Positions 27,367 to 38,457 are shown, numbered from the stretch's first letter. The stretch: DNA of 64,000 nt from Steroidobacteraceae bacterium (GCA_035760965.1 DASTRY010000057.1:22178-86177); one strand, 5' to 3'. Numbers and translations are program-made. Notes: generated by a model not told the origin, from the sequence alone.

Positions 27367-28176
27367 CTAAGCCTCTGTTTTATAACCCACTACGTCGCGC
27401 ATCCAGTATCGACCAGGTGAGCGGCCTGTAAGCCAGGCTGCCGCTCTCAGGGCCCCCCGGGCGAAGATCGTCCGGTCCGTGGCCCGGTGACCGAGCACGA
27501 GCTGCTCGCCGGCCCCCGCAAAGAGCACGGTGTGGTCGCCGACAATGTCGCCGCCCCGCGTCACGGCGAAGCCGATTTCGCCGGGCCGGCGCGGGCTCTC
27601 GCCGTTGCGCGAGACCGCGGCCACCGCCGCAAGGTCCTGGCCCCGGCCCTCCGCCGCCGCTCTCCCGAGTGCGAGCGCAGTGCCCGAGGGGGCATCGCGC
27701 TTCATCCGGTGATGCGCTTCGCTGATCTCGATGTCGAAGTCTGCCGGCAACGCCTTCGCCGCGGCTCGCACCAGCTCGATCAGCAGGGTCACGCCGACAC
27801 TCGTGTTGGCCGCGACCAGCACCGCGATATGACGCGCGGCCGCGGCGACTTCAAGCTCGACCGCCGAGGAAAATCCGGTCGTACCGATGAGAACGGGCTT
27901 GCGAGCTGCTTGGCATGCGCTCAGCGTGGCGGCTGTCGCGGCGGCATTCGAGAAGTCGATGGCCACATCGCACAGCGCGAGCCCCGCGCGCAGATCGTTG
28001 CTGACCGAAACGCCTAGCGGCTCGATACCGGCGAGCACGCCGACATCCTTGCCGAGCTCGGCGCTCTGCGCCGATGCGATGCCGGCCACCACGCGCACAT
28101 CGGTGGATTCGCGCGCGGCGCGCACGATGGCGCGGCCCATGCGTCCCGTCGCGCCGATGAGAGCGATGCGCGTCAT
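27367..28176 (-). CDS. dapB: 4-hydroxy-tetrahydrodipicolinate reductase
   Basis: [17 protein letters not shown].. ..[16 protein letters not shown]... The ATG at 28176 overlaps the dnaJ stop (ATGA). The 502-aa track ORF is an out-of-frame upstream extension over dnaJ. Confidence 0.93.
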   Translation of the reverse strand: MTRIALIGATGRMGRAIVRAARESTDVRVVAGIASAQSAELGKDVGVLAGIEPLGVSVSNDLRAGLALCDVAIDFSNAAATAATLSACQAARKPVLIGTTGFSSAVELEVAAAARHIAVLVAANTSVGVTLLIELVRAAAKALPADFDIEISEAHHRMKRDAPSGTALALGRAAAEGRGQDLAAVAAVSRNGESPRRPGEIGFAVTRGGDIVGDHTVLFAGAGEQLVLGHRATDRTIFARGALRAAAWLTGRSPGRYWMRDVVGYKTEA

Positions 28177-29318
28177 CGCGAGTGATCGCTCGAGAAGAAG
28201 CGCTTCACGCCTTCGAAGAAGCCCTTCTCGCGCGGCGCGTGCTGGCCCGAATCGCCCCGCAGCGACTCCTCGAGCTTGCGCACGAGCTCCTTCTGCTCCG
28301 CAGTGAGCGACACCGGCGTTTCGACGACGACGCGGCAGAAGAGATCGCCGCGCGCGCCGCCGCGCACGGGCTTCACGCCTTTGCCTCGGAGCCGGAACAC
28401 GCGGCCGGACTGCGTCTCCGCGGGAATCTTGATCGTCACTTCGCCGTCGAGCGTCGGCACTTCCACGCTGCCGCCGAGTGCGGCCGTCGCAAAGCTGATC
28501 GGCACCTCGCAGCTCAGATGCGCGCCGTCGCGCTCGAAGATCGGGTGCTCGCGCACGACGATCTCGACGTACAGATCCCCGGGCGGACCGCCGTTGCGCC
28601 CGGCCTCGCCTTCTCCGCCGAGCCGGATGCGATCGCCCGTGTCGACGCCCGCGGGTACTTTGACTTGCAGCGTCTTCGTCTTGCGCACGCGTCCTTGCCC
28701 GAGACAGACGTCGCACGGATTGCGCACGATGGTGCCGGCGCCGCGGCAGCGCGGACACGTTTGCTGCAACTGGAAGAAGCCCTGAGAGATACGCACCTGG
28801 CCCGTGCCGTCGCAGGTTTCGCAGGTGACCGGAGAGTGCCCTTTCGCCGCGCCCGTGCCGTGGCACACCTCGCACTCGGCGAGCTTCGGCACTTCGATGT
28901 CGACGGTGTGGCCGAACACGGCCTGATCGAGATCGAGCTCGAGCTCGTAGCGCAGATCGGCGCCGCGATAGACCTGCGAGCGCCCGCCGCCGCGGCGACC
29001 GGTGCCGAAGATGTCGCCGAACACGTCGCCGAAGATGTCGCTGAACGCGTCACCCGGGCCGAACCCGCCGCGCCCGCCGCCGCGATTGAGCGCCTCGACG
29101 CCCGCGTGCCCGTGCTGATCGTATGCCGCACGCTTCTGCGCGTCCGTCAGCACCTCATACGCTTCTTTGGCTTCCTTGAATTTGCTCTCGGCCTCGGCGT
29201 CGTTCGGATTGCGATCCGGGTGGAACTTCATCGCCAGGCGGCGATACGCCTTCTTGATATCCGCCTCGGCCGCGTTCCGCGGCACATCGAGCACTTTGTA
29301 GTAATCGCGCTTGGACAT
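28173..29318 (-). CDS. dnaJ: molecular chaperone DnaJ
   Basis: J domain ([15 protein letters not shown]), G/F region and four CxxCxGxG zinc-finger repeats. Confidence 0.97.
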   Translation of the reverse strand: MSKRDYYKVLDVPRNAAEADIKKAYRRLAMKFHPDRNPNDAEAESKFKEAKEAYEVLTDAQKRAAYDQHGHAGVEALNRGGGRGGFGPGDAFSDIFGDVFGDIFGTGRRGGGRSQVYRGADLRYELELDLDQAVFGHTVDIEVPKLAECEVCHGTGAAKGHSPVTCETCDGTGQVRISQGFFQLQQTCPRCRGAGTIVRNPCDVCLGQGRVRKTKTLQVKVPAGVDTGDRIRLGGEGEAGRNGGPPGDLYVEIVVREHPIFERDGAHLSCEVPISFATAALGGSVEVPTLDGEVTIKIPAETQSGRVFRLRGKGVKPVRGGARGDLFCRVVVETPVSLTAEQKELVRKLEESLRGDSGQHAPREKGFFEGVKRFFSSDHSR

Positions 29319-29431
29319 GCGAGCTTGAAGAAGAGACCTGACCCTGTAGACCCTACCCCACTATATGCGAAGGGAGTCTCCCACGTTCGTGCGAGAGACT
29401 CCCCTACGCGATCGACACTCTCCGGGGCGGG

Positions 29432-31369
29432 TTACGACGCCTTCTTGTCCTTCACTTCCTCGAACTCGGCATCGACCACATCCTCGCCGCCCGGGCCCTT
29501 GCCGCCGCCCGCCGATGCACCGGCACCACCGGCCCCGGCGCCCTGCGCACCCGTATCGGCATACGCCTTCTGCGCAATGCTCTGGGCGGCCTGCGCCAGC
29601 GCCTCGGTCTTCTTCTCGATGACGCCCTTGTCGTCGCTCTTCAGCGCCGAGCGCACATCCGAGATCGCCGACTCGACGCGCGCGCGCTCCGCGCCGTCCA
29701 CCTTGTCGCCGAGCTCCTTCAGAGTCTTCTCGACCGAGTGCACCAGGCTGTCGGCCTTGTTGCGCGCCTCGACCAGCTCGCGGAACTTCTTGTCTTCCGC
29801 GGCATGCGCCTCGGCATCGCGCACCATGCGCTTGATCTCCTCCTCGGTGAGGCCGCTCGAGGCCTTGATGACGATCTTCTGCTCCTTGCCGGTCGCCTTG
29901 TCCTTCGCCGACACGTTCAGAATGCCGTTCGCGTCGATGTCGAAGGACACCTCGATCTGCGGTACGCCGCGCGGCGCCGGCGGGATGTCCGTCAGGTCGA
30001 ACTTGCCGAGCGACTTGTTGTCCGCGGCGCGCTCGCGCTCACCCTGCAGGACGTGAATCGTCACGGCGGTCTGGTTGTCGTCCGCCGTCGAGAAGACGTT
30101 CGACGCCTTGGTCGGGATCGTCGTGTTCTTCTCGATGAGCTTCGTCATCACCCCGCCGAGCGTCTCGATACCGAGCGACAGCGGCGTCACATCGAGCAGC
30201 AGGACGTCCTTCACCTCGCCCGAGAGCACGCCGGCCTGAATGGCCGCGCCGACCGCAACCGCCTCATCCGGGTTCACGTCCTTGCGCGGGTCCTTGCCGA
30301 AGAAGTCCTTCACGTACTTCTGCACGAGCGGCATGCGCGTCTGGCCGCCGACGAGGATGACCTCGGAGATGTCCTTCGCGGACACGCCGGCATCCTTCAT
30401 CGCGATCCGGCACGGCTCGATCGTCTTGCGCACCAGGTCTTCCACCAGCGACTCGAGCTTCGCGCGCGTCAGCTTGATGTTCAGGTGCTTCGGACCGGAC
30501 TGGTCGGCCGTGATGTACGGCAGGTTGATGTCGGTCTGCTGGCTCGAGGAGAGCTCGATCTTCGCCTTTTCGGCCGCTTCCTTCAGACGCTGCATGGCGA
30601 GCGGGTCCTTGCGGACGTCGACGCCGGACTCCTTCTGGAACTCCTCGGCCAGGAAATTGATGATGCGCAGGTCGAAATCCTCACCGCCGAGGAACGTGTC
30701 GCCGTTGGTGGACAGCACCTCGAACTGGCGCTCGCCGTCCACCTCCGCGATCTCGATGATCGAGATGTCGAAGGTGCCGCCGCCCAGGTCGTACACGGCG
30801 ATCTTGCGATCGCCGCCGGCCTTGTCGAGGCCATACGCGAGCGCGGCCGCCGTCGGCTCATTGATGATGCGCTTCACTTCGAGACCGGCGATGCGGCCGG
30901 CGTCCTTCGTTGCCTGGCGCTGCGAATCGTTGAAGTACGCGGGCACGGTGATGACGGCTTCGGTCACCGTCTCGCCGAGGTAGTCCTCCGCGGTCTTCTT
31001 CATCTTCATGAGCACTCGCGCGGAGATTTCCGGCGGCGCCATCTTCTTGCCACGCACCTCGACCCAGGCGTCACCGTTATCGGCTCTCACGATCTTGTAC
31101 GGGACCATCTTGATGTCCCGCTGCACCACCTCGTCGTCGAACTTGCGGCCGATCAGGCGCTTGACGGCGAACACAGTGTTTTGCGGATTGGTCACCGCTT
31201 GACGCTTCGCGGATTGACCGACGAGGACTTCATCGTCCTTGGTGAAGGCCACGATCGAGGGGGTCGTGCGATCGCCCTCGCTGTTCTCGATCACGCGAGG
31301 CTTGCCGGCCTCCATGACGGCCACGCAGGAATTCGTGGTTCCGAGGTCGATGCCGATTACCTTTGCCAT
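29432..31369 (-). CDS. dnaK: molecular chaperone DnaK (Hsp70)
   Basis: 645-aa protein: [18 protein letters not shown].. ..DLGGGTFD... Confidence 0.98.
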   Translation of the reverse strand: MAKVIGIDLGTTNSCVAVMEAGKPRVIENSEGDRTTPSIVAFTKDDEVLVGQSAKRQAVTNPQNTVFAVKRLIGRKFDDEVVQRDIKMVPYKIVRADNGDAWVEVRGKKMAPPEISARVLMKMKKTAEDYLGETVTEAVITVPAYFNDSQRQATKDAGRIAGLEVKRIINEPTAAALAYGLDKAGGDRKIAVYDLGGGTFDISIIEIAEVDGERQFEVLSTNGDTFLGGEDFDLRIINFLAEEFQKESGVDVRKDPLAMQRLKEAAEKAKIELSSSQQTDINLPYITADQSGPKHLNIKLTRAKLESLVEDLVRKTIEPCRIAMKDAGVSAKDISEVILVGGQTRMPLVQKYVKDFFGKDPRKDVNPDEAVAVGAAIQAGVLSGEVKDVLLLDVTPLSLGIETLGGVMTKLIEKNTTIPTKASNVFSTADDNQTAVTIHVLQGERERAADNKSLGKFDLTDIPPAPRGVPQIEVSFDIDANGILNVSAKDKATGKEQKIVIKASSGLTEEEIKRMVRDAEAHAAEDKKFRELVEARNKADSLVHSVEKTLKELGDKVDGAERARVESAISDVRSALKSDDKGVIEKKTEALAQAAQSIAQKAYADTGAQGAGAGGAGASAGGGKGPGGEDVVDAEFEEVKDKKAS

Positions 31370-31437
31370 GGGACTACTCCGAAAGGTCCATATGAGGTGC
31401 TACTAGCGAGCACTTGTTAGGGTGTAGAAAACGTGAT

Positions 31438-32004
31438 TCAAGGCGCCTTGGCAACGATCACGCGCGCCGGGCGCAGCAGACGGCCATTGAGCTCGTAGCC
31501 GCGCTGCACGACCTTCAGCACCGAATTGGGCTCTGCGCTATCCGAGGATTGCGTGAGCATGGCCTCGTGCTTGGTCGGATCGAAGGGCTCGCCGAGCGGG
31601 TTGATCTCGGTGATGCCGAGCTTCTCGAACGCCTTGGCGAGCAGCTTCAGCGTCGCCTCCTGACCGGCGGCGAGGCTCGCGGCGTCCGCGCGATCGGCGT
31701 TCTCCACGGCGAGTTGCAGGCTGTCGTAGACGGGCAGCAGCTCCTGCGCAAACTTGTCGAGGCCATAGCGATGGGCGGCCTCCACGTCGCGCTGCGCCCG
31801 TTTGCGCACGTTCTCGAGGTCGGCCACCGCGCGTAGATACTGCTCCCAATGGTTCTTCGCGCGCTCCTCGCACTCCGCCAGCGCCTGCTGGAGCCGTTCC
31901 AGCTCGACGAGCTGCGCCGCCGTCTCGGGCAGCACGGCCGTGGGCTCCGCGCCTGCGGCTGCGGCCGCTTCGCCACCGGGTGCGCTCGACTCGCGTGCAT
32001 TCAT
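31438..32004 (-). CDS. grpE: nucleotide exchange factor GrpE
   Basis: 188-aa protein with a coiled-coil N-terminus and C-terminal ..GEPFDPTKHEAM..VVQRGYELNGRLLRPARV... Confidence 0.93.
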   Translation of the reverse strand: MNARESSAPGGEAAAAAGAEPTAVLPETAAQLVELERLQQALAECEERAKNHWEQYLRAVADLENVRKRAQRDVEAAHRYGLDKFAQELLPVYDSLQLAVENADRADAASLAAGQEATLKLLAKAFEKLGITEINPLGEPFDPTKHEAMLTQSSDSAEPNSVLKVVQRGYELNGRLLRPARVIVAKAP

Positions 32005-32020
32005 GATCTAAAAGCCTCCC

Positions 32021-32072
32021 GAAAACAAAAACTTAGCCATCCTTCCTGAACTTGGGCTCAGGAAGCCGGATG
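32021..32072 (-). terminator. terminator/attenuator-like hairpin between hrcA and grpE
   Basis: The minus strand reads CCATCCGGCTTCCTGA-GCCCAAGT-TCAGGAAGGATGG followed by CTAAGTTTTTGTTTTC. It ends only about 16 nt before the grpE ATG region. Confidence 0.5.
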
Positions 32073-32104
32073 GCGATTGGCGAAAGCCACGGCGTCCGTG
32101 AGGG

Positions 32105-33169
32105 TCAGCGCCGCGAATTCAAGGCGGCGCCGAGCAATTTTGCCGTCATGTCGACGATCGGGATCACACGCTCGTAGGCCATGCGCGTCGGCCCGATCAC
32201 GCCGAGCACTCCCATGACCGCGTCTCCGTCGCCGTAGGGGGCCGTCACGACGCTGCAATCGTCGAGCACCTGGTAGCCGGATTCGTGCCCGATGAAGATC
32301 TGGATGCGCTCCGACTTCAGGCTCTGATCGAGCAGATGGAGGAAATCGCGCTTCTCGTTGAACGCTTCGAACAGGCGCCGCAGCCGCTCGACGCTCGACA
32401 GCTCGGCGACGCCCATGAGATTCGTTTCACCCGCGATCACGTACTCGATGCGCTCTTCGGACTCCGGGTTCGCCTCGAACACCTTCTGCGCGACGGCGAT
32501 GGCGTCCGCCATGATCTGGTTCATGTGCTCGCGGGTCTCCTGCAACTGCCGCAGGATCTCCTGGCGTACCTGGAGCAGCGTGCGCCCGCGGACTTGTTCG
32601 TTGAGGTAGTTCGCCGCGCGCTTCAGCTCGTCCGGCGAGAAGTAGCGATGGAGCTGCAGGATGCGGTTCTGCACTTCGCGGTCGTTCAGCACGAGCACGG
32701 CGAGCACGCGGTTCTCCGAGAGCCCGACGAACTCGATGTGCGTGATGGCGGCCTGCTGCGTGCGCGGGATCGTAACCACGCCCGCAAGGTGTGTGATGCT
32801 CGACAGCAGCTGCGACGCGGTGGCGACTAGCGATTTCGCGCTGTCGTGACCGGCATCGAGCTGGCGTCGCAGCTCGGTGACCGCCTCGCTCTCGAGCGGC
32901 TGCACGTGCAGCAAGGTGTCCACGAAGAAGCGGTAACCCTTGTCCGTCGGCACGCGACCGGCGGAGGTGTGCGGCGAGGTGACGAACCCGAGCTCCTCGA
33001 GGTCGGCCATGACGTTGCGGACGGTCGCGGAGCTCAGACTCAATCCCGATTCGCGCGACAGCACACGCGAGCCCACCGGTTGCCCATCGCGGATGTAGTT
33101 CTCGATGAGCACCCGCAAGAGCTGCTGGGCTCGTTCATTCAGCGGTTCGTCTCGAGTTTCCTGCGCCAT
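32105..33169 (-). CDS. hrcA: heat-inducible transcription repressor HrcA
   Basis: 354-aa protein with an N-terminal wHTH (..GQPVGSRVLS..SSATVRN.MADLEELGF..) and a position upstream of grpE-dnaK-dnaJ. Confidence 0.93.
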   Translation of the reverse strand: MAQETRDEPLNERAQQLLRVLIENYIRDGQPVGSRVLSRESGLSLSSATVRNVMADLEELGFVTSPHTSAGRVPTDKGYRFFVDTLLHVQPLESEAVTELRRQLDAGHDSAKSLVATASQLLSSITHLAGVVTIPRTQQAAITHIEFVGLSENRVLAVLVLNDREVQNRILQLHRYFSPDELKRAANYLNEQVRGRTLLQVRQEILRQLQETREHMNQIMADAIAVAQKVFEANPESEERIEYVIAGETNLMGVAELSSVERLRRLFEAFNEKRDFLHLLDQSLKSERIQIFIGHESGYQVLDDCSVVTAPYGDGDAVMGVLGVIGPTRMAYERVIPIVDMTAKLLGAALNSRR

Positions 33170-33264
33170 AGTTTTGCGCGATAGCCGTGGGCCTGAGCCA
33201 GTCGGCGATGACTGCGGAAGCTAGCGACGGCTGCCGCGAGCGTCAAGCAAACCGGCTGGCCGCA

Positions 33265-33293
33265 AAATGGGGTACGGGTGCGGCGTTCTCAAG
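33265..33293 (-). promoter_or_regulatory. candidate sigma32 (RpoH) promoter for hrcA
   Basis: The minus strand reads CTTGAGAA-13 nt-CCCCATTT, against the consensus CTTGAAA-N13-15-CCCCATnT. It lies about 95 nt upstream of the hrcA ATG. Confidence 0.5.
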
Positions 33294-33485
33294 CGCGCGG
33301 TCCCGGCCGCGTCGGGCTTCCCGCGCGTCCGGGCCGCGTGCGTCGGAGCCAGTGCGTCAGGGCTCCGGCGCGTCCAGGTTGCGGCGCGCCGCGCAGTCCG
33401 ATGCGTGGCCGTTGAATCCCGCATGCGGCCCGTGATTAAGTGCCGCGTCCTATCGTCAGGTCGCCCAGGTTTCATCGAGGCACAC

Positions 33486-34382
33486 ATGGCCTTTCCGGTA
33501 CGCGCGTGCGCGCTGGTCGGTCGCTTCGCCGATGCGCGTGTCGCGGAGTCGGTGAGCGCGCTGCTGCCCGGCCTCAAGGCCCGGTGCGCGCAGGTCCTCG
33601 TCATCGACGACGGCGCATTGCCGGATTGGCTCAACGGGGACGTCGTGCCCGTACCGGAGGAGCAGATCGCCCAGCGAGCGGACCTGGTCGTCGCGATCGG
33701 CGGCGATGGCACGCTGCTCTACGCGGCCCGCCTGGTGGCCCGTCATGGGGTGCCCCTCCTCGGGATCAACCGTGGACGGCTCGGCTTTCTCACGGACGTG
33801 ATGCCGCAGGACATGATGGGGGCCATCGACGCCGCGCTCGCCGGCAAACTCGCGACCGAACAACGCATGCTGCTGCACGCGACGGTGCGTGCCGCAGACG
33901 GCAGCGTGACGGAATCGCTCGCGCTCAACGACGTCGTCCTGCAGAAGGCCGCTTCGGGGCGGATGCTCGATTTCGAGGTGCAGGTGAACGGACGTTACGT
34001 CAACAGCCACGCGGGGGACGGCATCGTCGTTGCCAGCGCCACCGGCTCCACGGCCTACGCGTTGTCATGCGGCGGACCGATCGTCGAGCCGGGTCTCGAC
34101 GTGCTGGTGCTCGCGCCCATCTGTCCGCACACGCTGTCGGACCGGCCCGTCGTGGTGTCGGGGCGCTCGGTCGTGGACATCAAGCTGATCGAGCGCTTCG
34201 AGACCCAGGCGCAGGTCGTGTGCGACGGCGTCGTGCTCGGCGAGCTGCAGCCAGAGGACTCGCTGCAAGTGCGGGCGGCGCAGGAGCGCATCACACTGCT
34301 CCACCCGCCGGACCACGATTACTATCGACTGCTGCGCTCGAAGCTCCAATGGGGTCGCGGCGGACGCGATCACTCCCGCTGA
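33486..34382 (+). CDS. nadK: NAD kinase
   Basis: MAFPVRACALVGRF.. ..DLVVAIGGDGTLL.. ..GINRGRLGFLTD... The ATG at 33486 was chosen inside the longer track ORF. Confidence 0.9.
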   Translation: MAFPVRACALVGRFADARVAESVSALLPGLKARCAQVLVIDDGALPDWLNGDVVPVPEEQIAQRADLVVAIGGDGTLLYAARLVARHGVPLLGINRGRLGFLTDVMPQDMMGAIDAALAGKLATEQRMLLHATVRAADGSVTESLALNDVVLQKAASGRMLDFEVQVNGRYVNSHAGDGIVVASATGSTAYALSCGGPIVEPGLDVLVLAPICPHTLSDRPVVVSGRSVVDIKLIERFETQAQVVCDGVVLGELQPEDSLQVRAAQERITLLHPPDHDYYRLLRSKLQWGRGGRDHSR

Positions 34383-34395
34383 CACGACAACAACA

Positions 34396-36111
34396 ATGCT
34401 CACTCATCTGCAGATTCGTGATTTCGCGATCATCGACGTGGTCGAGCTGGAATTGCAGCCGGGCATGACGGTGCTCACGGGCGAGACGGGCGCGGGCAAG
34501 TCCATCATGGTGGATGCGCTGCAGCTGCTTGCAGGAGGACGTGCCGGCGCGGAAGTCGTCCGCGCCGGAGCCGAACGCGCCGAGATCTCCGGCACGTTCG
34601 ATCTGCTGCGCGCGCCGCGCGAGCTGAAACGCTGGCTCGAAGAGCAGTCCATCAGCACGGACGCCGAGCTGCACGTGCGGCGCGTGATCGCGAGCGATGG
34701 GCGCTCGCGTGCCTATCTCAACGGACAGATCGTGCCGGTGCAGTTGCTGCGGGACCTCGGGAACATCCTCATCGACATACACGGCCAGCACGAATTCCAG
34801 TCGCTGACGCGCAGCAGCGCGCAGCGCGAGCTGCTCGACGATTTCGGCCGGCACGATGCGCTCGTCGGCCAGGTGGAGATCGCGCATCGCGTGTGGACCG
34901 GGCTGCTGAATCGCATGCTCGAGCTCGAAACCAAGGCGCGCGATCGCGAGGCCAAGCTCGACTTGCTGCGCTATCAGGTGCGCGAGCTCGAGGCGCTCCA
35001 GCTCACGGCGGGCGAAGTGGCCGCTCTCAACGAGGAGCGCGGTCGGCTCGCCAATCGCGGCAAGCTCGCGGAGGCCGCGCAGACCGCCGTCATGCAGCTG
35101 TACGAGAGCGAAGAAGGGAGCGCGCACGCGGCCGTGAGCCGTGCGTTGCAGGCGATGCGCTCGCTGGCGTCCGTGGACCCGAAGCTCGGCGCCGTCGTGC
35201 CGCTCGTGGACGAGGCGGCCATTCAGATTCGCGAGGCGGCGCGCCAGCTGCAGCACTATCTGGAAACGCTCGAGGTGGACACGGCGCGGCAGGATCAGGT
35301 CGAGAAGCGCCTGGCCGCCATCGAGGAGCTGGCGCGCAAGCATCGTGTCAGCCCGGACGAGTTGCCGGAGCGAACCGTGCAGCTGCAAAAGGAGCTCGCC
35401 GAGCTCGAACGCGCGGATTCGGATCTCTCGCAACTCCGCAAGGAGCAGGTCGCCGCGCTGGAATCCTACCGGACGCTCGCCAACCAGCTCTCTGCACGGC
35501 GCGCGACCGCGGGCCGAGCGCTCGCAAAAGACATCACGGCACGCATGCAGACGCTCGGGATGGCCGGCGGGCGGTTCCAGGTGGAGATCACTCCGCTGGC
35601 CTCGGCCGAGCCGGCCTCGCACGGGGTCGACCAGATCGAGTTCCGGGTCACGGCGAACCCGGGCCAGCCGTTGAGGCCGCTCGCGAAGGTGGCCTCGGGC
35701 GGCGAGCTGTCACGCCTGTCGTTGGCGATCCAGGTGTCCTCGGCCGCGCGTGAGACGCGCTGCATGGTGTTCGACGAAGTCGACTCCGGCATTGGCGGCG
35801 CCGTCGCGGAGATCGTCGGGCGCGAGCTTCGCAACCTGGCGGAGCGCAGCCAGGTGCTGTGCGTGACCCACCTGCCGCAAGTGGCCTCGCAAGCCCATCA
35901 CCACCTGCGCGTCACGAAGCTCACGGATGGCAAGACGACGCGGACGAGCCTGACCCCGATGGCGAACGAGGAGCGCGTGGAAGAGATAGCCCGGATGCTC
36001 GGCGGGGTCGAGATCACGTCGAAAGCCCGCGAGCACGCCCGGGAGATGCTGAAGGCCGCCGACAACGGCGCGGAAGCCGCGCGCCCGACGAAAGCCTCCA
36101 AGCGCCGCTAG
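34396..36111 (+). CDS. recN: DNA repair protein RecN
   Basis: 571-aa SMC-like protein: MLTHLQIRDFAIID.. GETGAGKSI.. ..FDEVDSGIGG... Confidence 0.96.
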   Translation: MLTHLQIRDFAIIDVVELELQPGMTVLTGETGAGKSIMVDALQLLAGGRAGAEVVRAGAERAEISGTFDLLRAPRELKRWLEEQSISTDAELHVRRVIASDGRSRAYLNGQIVPVQLLRDLGNILIDIHGQHEFQSLTRSSAQRELLDDFGRHDALVGQVEIAHRVWTGLLNRMLELETKARDREAKLDLLRYQVRELEALQLTAGEVAALNEERGRLANRGKLAEAAQTAVMQLYESEEGSAHAAVSRALQAMRSLASVDPKLGAVVPLVDEAAIQIREAARQLQHYLETLEVDTARQDQVEKRLAAIEELARKHRVSPDELPERTVQLQKELAELERADSDLSQLRKEQVAALESYRTLANQLSARRATAGRALAKDITARMQTLGMAGGRFQVEITPLASAEPASHGVDQIEFRVTANPGQPLRPLAKVASGGELSRLSLAIQVSSAARETRCMVFDEVDSGIGGAVAEIVGRELRNLAERSQVLCVTHLPQVASQAHHHLRVTKLTDGKTTRTSLTPMANEERVEEIARMLGGVEITSKAREHAREMLKAADNGAEAARPTKASKRR

Positions 36112-36118
36112 CGAGCGG

Positions 36119-36580
36119 CTACGAACGCGTCTCGACGGGCATCTTGCGCGCCACGCCCTTCTTGCGATGGGGGCAATTCTGGCGCCGACACTTACCGTAC
36201 AGAATCAAGGAGTGGTCGCGAACTTCGAACCCGAGGCGCTGGGCGACCTGATCCTGCCGCTCCTCGATGCCGGCATCCATGAACTCCTCGACGCGGCCGC
36301 ATTCGAGACACACGATGTGGTCATGGTGAGTGCCCTGATTCAGCTCGAACACGGCCATGCCATCCTCGAAGTGATGGCGCGTGACGAGCCCCGCCGCCTC
36401 GAACTGCGTCAGGACGCGGTAGACCGTCGCGAGGCCGATGTCCTCGTTGGAGTCGAGCAACCCCCGATAGATGTCCTCGGCCGACAGATGCCGCGTCGCG
36501 CTGCTCTCGAGGATCTCGAGAATCTTCAGCCGCGGCAGCGTTACCTTGAGGCCGGCTTTGCGAAGATCCTTACCTTCCAC
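36119..36580 (-). CDS. fur: ferric uptake regulator family protein
   Basis: ..LKVTLPRLKILEIL.. ..HHDHIVCLECGRVEEF... It is divergent from bamE, as in Pseudomonas and Xanthomonas. Confidence 0.9.
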   Translation of the reverse strand: MEGKDLRKAGLKVTLPRLKILEILESSATRHLSAEDIYRGLLDSNEDIGLATVYRVLTQFEAAGLVTRHHFEDGMAVFELNQGTHHDHIVCLECGRVEEFMDAGIEERQDQVAQRLGFEVRDHSLILYGKCRRQNCPHRKKGVARKMPVETRS

Positions 36581-36685
36581 TCACGCTCTCCAGCCCAACA
36601 GGAACGGCCCTCGGGCGGGCTGGACGTGCGGGCAAATGGCCATACGGTATGATGCGCGCGCGATTATTCCCCCAAACGGAACGAC

Positions 36686-37099
36686 ATGCGACCCCGTTTT
36701 CAGAGTTCGACGCTCATGCACCGCCTCATGATGGTTTGCACCACCCTCGGCCTGGCGCTGCTCGCCTCGGGCTGCGTCTATCGCATGAACATCCAGCAGG
36801 GCAACTACCTCGAGCCCCGCGCGGTCTCGCAGCTGCAGGTCGGCATGACTCGCAGCCAGGTGCGCTATCTCCTCGGCACACCGATGGTGCCCGACGCCTT
36901 CGACAACGACCGCTGGGATTATCTCTACTACTTGAAGAAGGGCCGCCTGAAAGCGCCCGAGCAGCGGCACCTCATCGTGTATTTCGAGAACGATAAGGTG
37001 AGCAAGGTCGACAAGTCGGGCGTGGGCCCCATGCCGCCCGTCGAGCAGCGCGAGATCGAGCCCGACTCGCAGAACGCCAAGGCGAACGCGGCTTCCTAG
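36686..37099 (+). CDS. bamE: outer membrane protein assembly factor BamE (SmpA/OmlA lipoprotein)
   Basis: Lipobox LLASGC, then ..YRMNIQQGNYLEPRAVSQLQVGMTRSQVRYLLGTP... The start is uncertain; an alternative ATG lies at 36716. Confidence 0.88.
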   Translation: MRPRFQSSTLMHRLMMVCTTLGLALLASGCVYRMNIQQGNYLEPRAVSQLQVGMTRSQVRYLLGTPMVPDAFDNDRWDYLYYLKKGRLKAPEQRHLIVYFENDKVSKVDKSGVGPMPPVEQREIEPDSQNAKANAAS

Positions 37100-37129
37100 C
37101 CGGCGCCTGCGGCTCGCACTTCGTGAGCC

Positions 37130-37462
37130 TCAGCGCTTCGGCGTGCGCGCGGAGCGGCGCTCCTCGCGGACGCGCTCGCGACGGCGCTCGCGCGGGTCGG
37201 AGCGCAGCGGGCGATAGATCTCGATCCGATCGCCGTCGCGCAGCACGTCGCTCCGACTGCACGGCCGGCCGAAGATCCCGAGATCCGCGCTGTCCCAGGG
37301 CACATCGTCACGCCGGGCGAGCGCCCGTGCCGCCGCGAGCGCGTCCGCGACGGTGGCCGCGGGCGGCAACTCGACGTCCCAGAGGAACTGCTCGTCGCGC
37401 GTCGCATACGCCACCACGCAGCGCTTGCGGTCGGCTGGCGAACCCACGGTCCGGAACCTCAC
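37130..37462 (-). CDS. rnfH: RnfH family ubiquitin-like protein (YfjF/RatB-like)
   Basis: ..[27 protein letters not shown].. ..[25 protein letters not shown]... The GTG at 37462 overlaps the ratA stop (GTGA). Confidence 0.8.
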   Translation of the reverse strand: MRFRTVGSPADRKRCVVAYATRDEQFLWDVELPPAATVADALAAARALARRDDVPWDSADLGIFGRPCSRSDVLRDGDRIEIYRPLRSDPRERRRERVREERRSARTPKR

Positions 37463-37893
37463 TTGTCGTCGAGCTCGCGGGCGCGCGCGACGAAGGCGTC
37501 CACGAGCGAGCTCGCGGTCTGCTCGAAGATCGGCTCGAACAGCATCGCCGACATGCGGCTGGCGAAGGCAAAGCGCATGAACAGCTCGACGCGGCAGCCG
37601 TCCTGGCCGACGGGCGTGAGCTTCCACTCGCCCGTCAGCTCGCGGAACGGCCCGCGCACGAGCGTCATCGTGATCTGGCGGTCCGGCTCGAGCGTGTTCC
37701 GGGTCGTGAACTCCGCTTGCAGCGGCCCGCGGCGCACGCCGATCGTCGCGATCATCTCGTGCGGCGTGCGGGATTCGACGCGCGCGTGCGTGCATCCGGG
37801 AACGAATTCCGGATACCGCTCGATGTCGTTGATGAGGGCGAACATGCGGCTCGGCGGGTGTGCGACGAGCGCCGAGCGCGTGACCTGTCGCAT
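37459..37893 (-). CDS. ratA: SRPBCC/Coq10-like protein RatA (YfjG/PasT)
   Basis: [34 protein letters not shown].. aligns with the E. coli YfjG N-terminus. The ATG at 37893 is preferred over the track's TTG at 37917. Confidence 0.85.
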   Translation of the reverse strand: MRQVTRSALVAHPPSRMFALINDIERYPEFVPGCTHARVESRTPHEMIATIGVRRGPLQAEFTTRNTLEPDRQITMTLVRGPFRELTGEWKLTPVGQDGCRVELFMRFAFASRMSAMLFEPIFEQTASSLVDAFVARARELDDK

Positions 37894-37945
37894 GAGGCGA
37901 TTGTCACACAGGTACAATGACCCCGCAGACCGAAGTCGTCATCCC

Positions 37946-38428
37946 ATGTCCAAAGCCGCCGCCGCCAAGAAAAACGAGCCCGAACGCCTGATCGCCGAGA
38001 ACCGCCGGGCGCGCTTCGATTACTTCATCGAGGAGCGCTACGAGGCGGGCCTCGCGCTGCAGGGTTGGGAAGTGAAGGCGATGCGCGCCGGGCGCGCGCA
38101 GATCACCGAGGGATACGTGTTCCTGCGCGATGGCGAGGCGTTTCTCATCGGTGCGCACGTGACGCCGCTCAAGACCACCTCGACGCACATCGTCGCGGAC
38201 CCGACGCGCACTCGAAAGCTGCTGTTGAAGGCGAGCGAGCTGTCGCGACTGATCGGCGCAGTCGAGCGCCGCGGCTACACACTCGTGCCGCTCGACCTGC
38301 ACTGGAAGGACGGTCGCGTGAAGCTGGAAATCGGTCTCGCCAAGGGCAAGAAGCAGCACGACAAGCGTGCCACCGAGAAAGAGCGCGACTGGCAGCGCGA
38401 GAAAGCGCGCGTGCTCCGCCGCGGCTGA
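37946..38428 (+). CDS. smpB: SsrA-binding protein SmpB
   Basis: ..[29 protein letters not shown].. ..RKLLL...EL..L. The ATG at 37946 gives 160 aa. Confidence 0.95.
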   Translation: MSKAAAAKKNEPERLIAENRRARFDYFIEERYEAGLALQGWEVKAMRAGRAQITEGYVFLRDGEAFLIGAHVTPLKTTSTHIVADPTRTRKLLLKASELSRLIGAVERRGYTLVPLDLHWKDGRVKLEIGLAKGKKQHDKRATEKERDWQREKARVLRRG

Positions 38429-38457
38429 GACCCTTCTCCGCCCATGCGGAAAGGGTC
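38429..38457 (+). terminator. stem-loop between the convergent smpB and ssrA genes
   Basis: GACCCTT/AAGGGTC outer stem plus a TCCG/CGGA inner stem, starting directly after the smpB stop. There is no clear U-tract. Confidence 0.3.

Noticed and set aside
31370-33300. Searched for the CIRCE operator (TTAGCACTC-N9-GAGTGCTAA) upstream of hrcA, grpE and dnaK. A partial look-alike, GTGCT-CGCTAGT-AGCAC, lies at about 31397-31413.
   Set aside because: The arms are only 5 bp and the flanks do not match CIRCE. I do not consider it a supported HrcA site.
36581-36685. Fur box in the divergent fur-bamE spacer (autoregulation).
   Set aside because: Only a weak AT-containing patch (gcgattattccc) is present. 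There is no 19-bp GATAATGATAATCATTATC-like dyad.
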